From Patescibacteria group bacterium UBA924 (GTDB taxonomy: Bacteria; Patescibacteriota; Microgenomatia; UBA1400; PJMF01): 57,649 nucleotides of DNA. The stretch spans positions 1-57,649 of the forward strand of contig DBDU01000006.1 in the NCBI GenBank assembly GCA_002293725.1, given 5' to 3'. Below, piece after piece: positions 56,913 to 57,649 of this stretch; position 1 is the stretch's first letter, and every line of letters starts with the position of its first letter. The translations under genes were made by a program, and so were the position numbers. The notes beneath the pieces are model-generated. The model worked only from the letters and a program-made list of their open reading frames with translations. It made no database searches and had not been told where the DNA came from.

Positions 56913-56915
56913 GGC

Positions 56916-57449
56916 ATGACAACCGTTGAACTTTTTAGAGATCACCAGCTGGTAGAAACTGACATTTCTTCTCTGTCATTTACTTTGCCTGAGCGTTTTG
57001 AACAACGTGCAACCTTATTTCAAGTTGCTCAAGAACAGAACGGACCGATAGTGGAACAACTTGAACCAACGGTTGAGCAAGCTGAAAGTCAGTCAGTAAC
57101 GACAGCTCAGGAGCTGGAACAGCAAGTACTATCGGCGGCCGAAAAAAGCAGTAATCAGTTCAAACAGAATATTCGTCTCACTGCCGAACTGGGAGTTGGA
57201 GCGTTACGCCTCGCTGGCGCGATTGGAAGTATGGTGAAGCTAGCAGCCGCTGCCTGTCCTCATTGCGCCGCCATAGCTGTGCAGTCAGCTAGTAGCGTTC
57301 AAAGTGCTTTTTCATTCGGTGGCTTGGGTCACTGGCATGCCGATGGCACCTACCATGAAGGTGAGCATCATGGGAACGAGAACACCGACAATCCGTTTAA
57401 GTGGTTAGAAGTAGATGATAAACCGTCCATGTTTCAGTACGCTGCTTAA
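56916..57449 (+). CDS. Hypothetical protein with CxxC in a hydrophobic segment and a His-rich tail
   Basis: AAAACPHCAAIAV and GHWHADGTYHEGEHHG; 3 bp after preceding gene. Confidence 0.65.
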   Translation: MTTVELFRDHQLVETDISSLSFTLPERFEQRATLFQVAQEQNGPIVEQLEPTVEQAESQSVTTAQELEQQVLSAAEKSSNQFKQNIRLTAELGVGALRLAGAIGSMVKLAAAACPHCAAIAVQSASSVQSAFSFGGLGHWHADGTYHEGEHHGNENTDNPFKWLEVDDKPSMFQYAA

Positions 57450-57630
57450 CGATGTAAAAGAAGGGAAAGCGCGCCCCACCCACTACCTATCATAACGGTG
57501 AGGTCTGCAGTGAACTGTAGAGCGGGTAACCAGTACCATGCTTTACTCACGTATCGCTTATTTTTCTGCACTGCCCACCAACTATAGAGCAGCAGTCCCA
57601 ATATAAGGAAAAAGATTGCTTCGCCTAAGC
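57446..57630 (-). CDS. 3' fragment of a membrane-associated protein, truncated by the contig end (possibly a glycosyltransferase C-terminus)
   Basis: Open frame LGEAIFFLILGLLLYSWWAVQKNKRYV...WLPALQFTADLTVMIG...HR-stop. Confidence 0.5.
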
Positions 57631-57649
57631 CTGTCTCTTATACACATCT
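57631..57649 (-). other. Tn5 mosaic end (Nextera adapter remnant), technical artefact
   Basis: Exact CTGTCTCTTATACACATCT at the terminus. Confidence 0.97.

Noticed and set aside
20-57630. CRISPR array, cas, reverse transcriptase, integrase, rRNA or recognisable defence genes
   Set aside because: No regularly spaced repeats or diagnostic motifs seen on reading; short ORFs nested in longer genes were treated as spurious
1-57649. Perfect 19-bp terminal inverted repeats suggesting a transposon or linear element
   Set aside because: They are the synthetic Tn5 mosaic end in adapter-facing-insert orientation, there is no transposase, and the right-hand gene is cut mid-frame: untrimmed Nextera adapters

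Overview
A 57.6-kb gene-dense bacterial contig using the standard code (TGA stops, TGG Trp). Exact Tn5/Nextera mosaic ends flank both termini and are library artefacts. Gene content and style (many GT-C and GT2/GT4 glycosyltransferases, FN3/PT-linker surface protein, sortase, pilin-like gene, orphan ORFs, few Shine-Dalgarno sites) suggest a Patescibacteria/CPR genome, probably Microgenomates; this is an inference. Recognisable genes: gnd, pgl, pyrB, SPFH, a two-component cluster, three alkyl-base DNA glycosylases, msrB, a P1B ATPase, an SDR and an MshA-like GT4. The most unusual items are: (1) a fully folded tRNA-Ser with the rare anticodon ACT; (2) a symmetric bidirectional promoter with two TGCAA-N5-TTGCA (Fur-family-like) boxes between three uncharacterised Cys/His-rich genes, a candidate novel metal-response module; (3) a 1601-aa GT2-GT2-flippase-GT4 fusion heading a glycan operon, back-to-back with a hydrolase, LAxTG protein and sortase operon; (4) an RnfD-like / FMN-lipoprotein / ApbE flavinylation module; (5) highly divergent PLP fold-II and IMPDH/GMPR-like enzymes; (6) a methyltransferase plus PGM1-like ATP-grasp pair; (7) a stand-alone DHp mini-protein sharing an upstream repeat with a response regulator; (8) frequent leaderless-type promoters. 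All family assignments are from motif recognition by eye; no database search was run.
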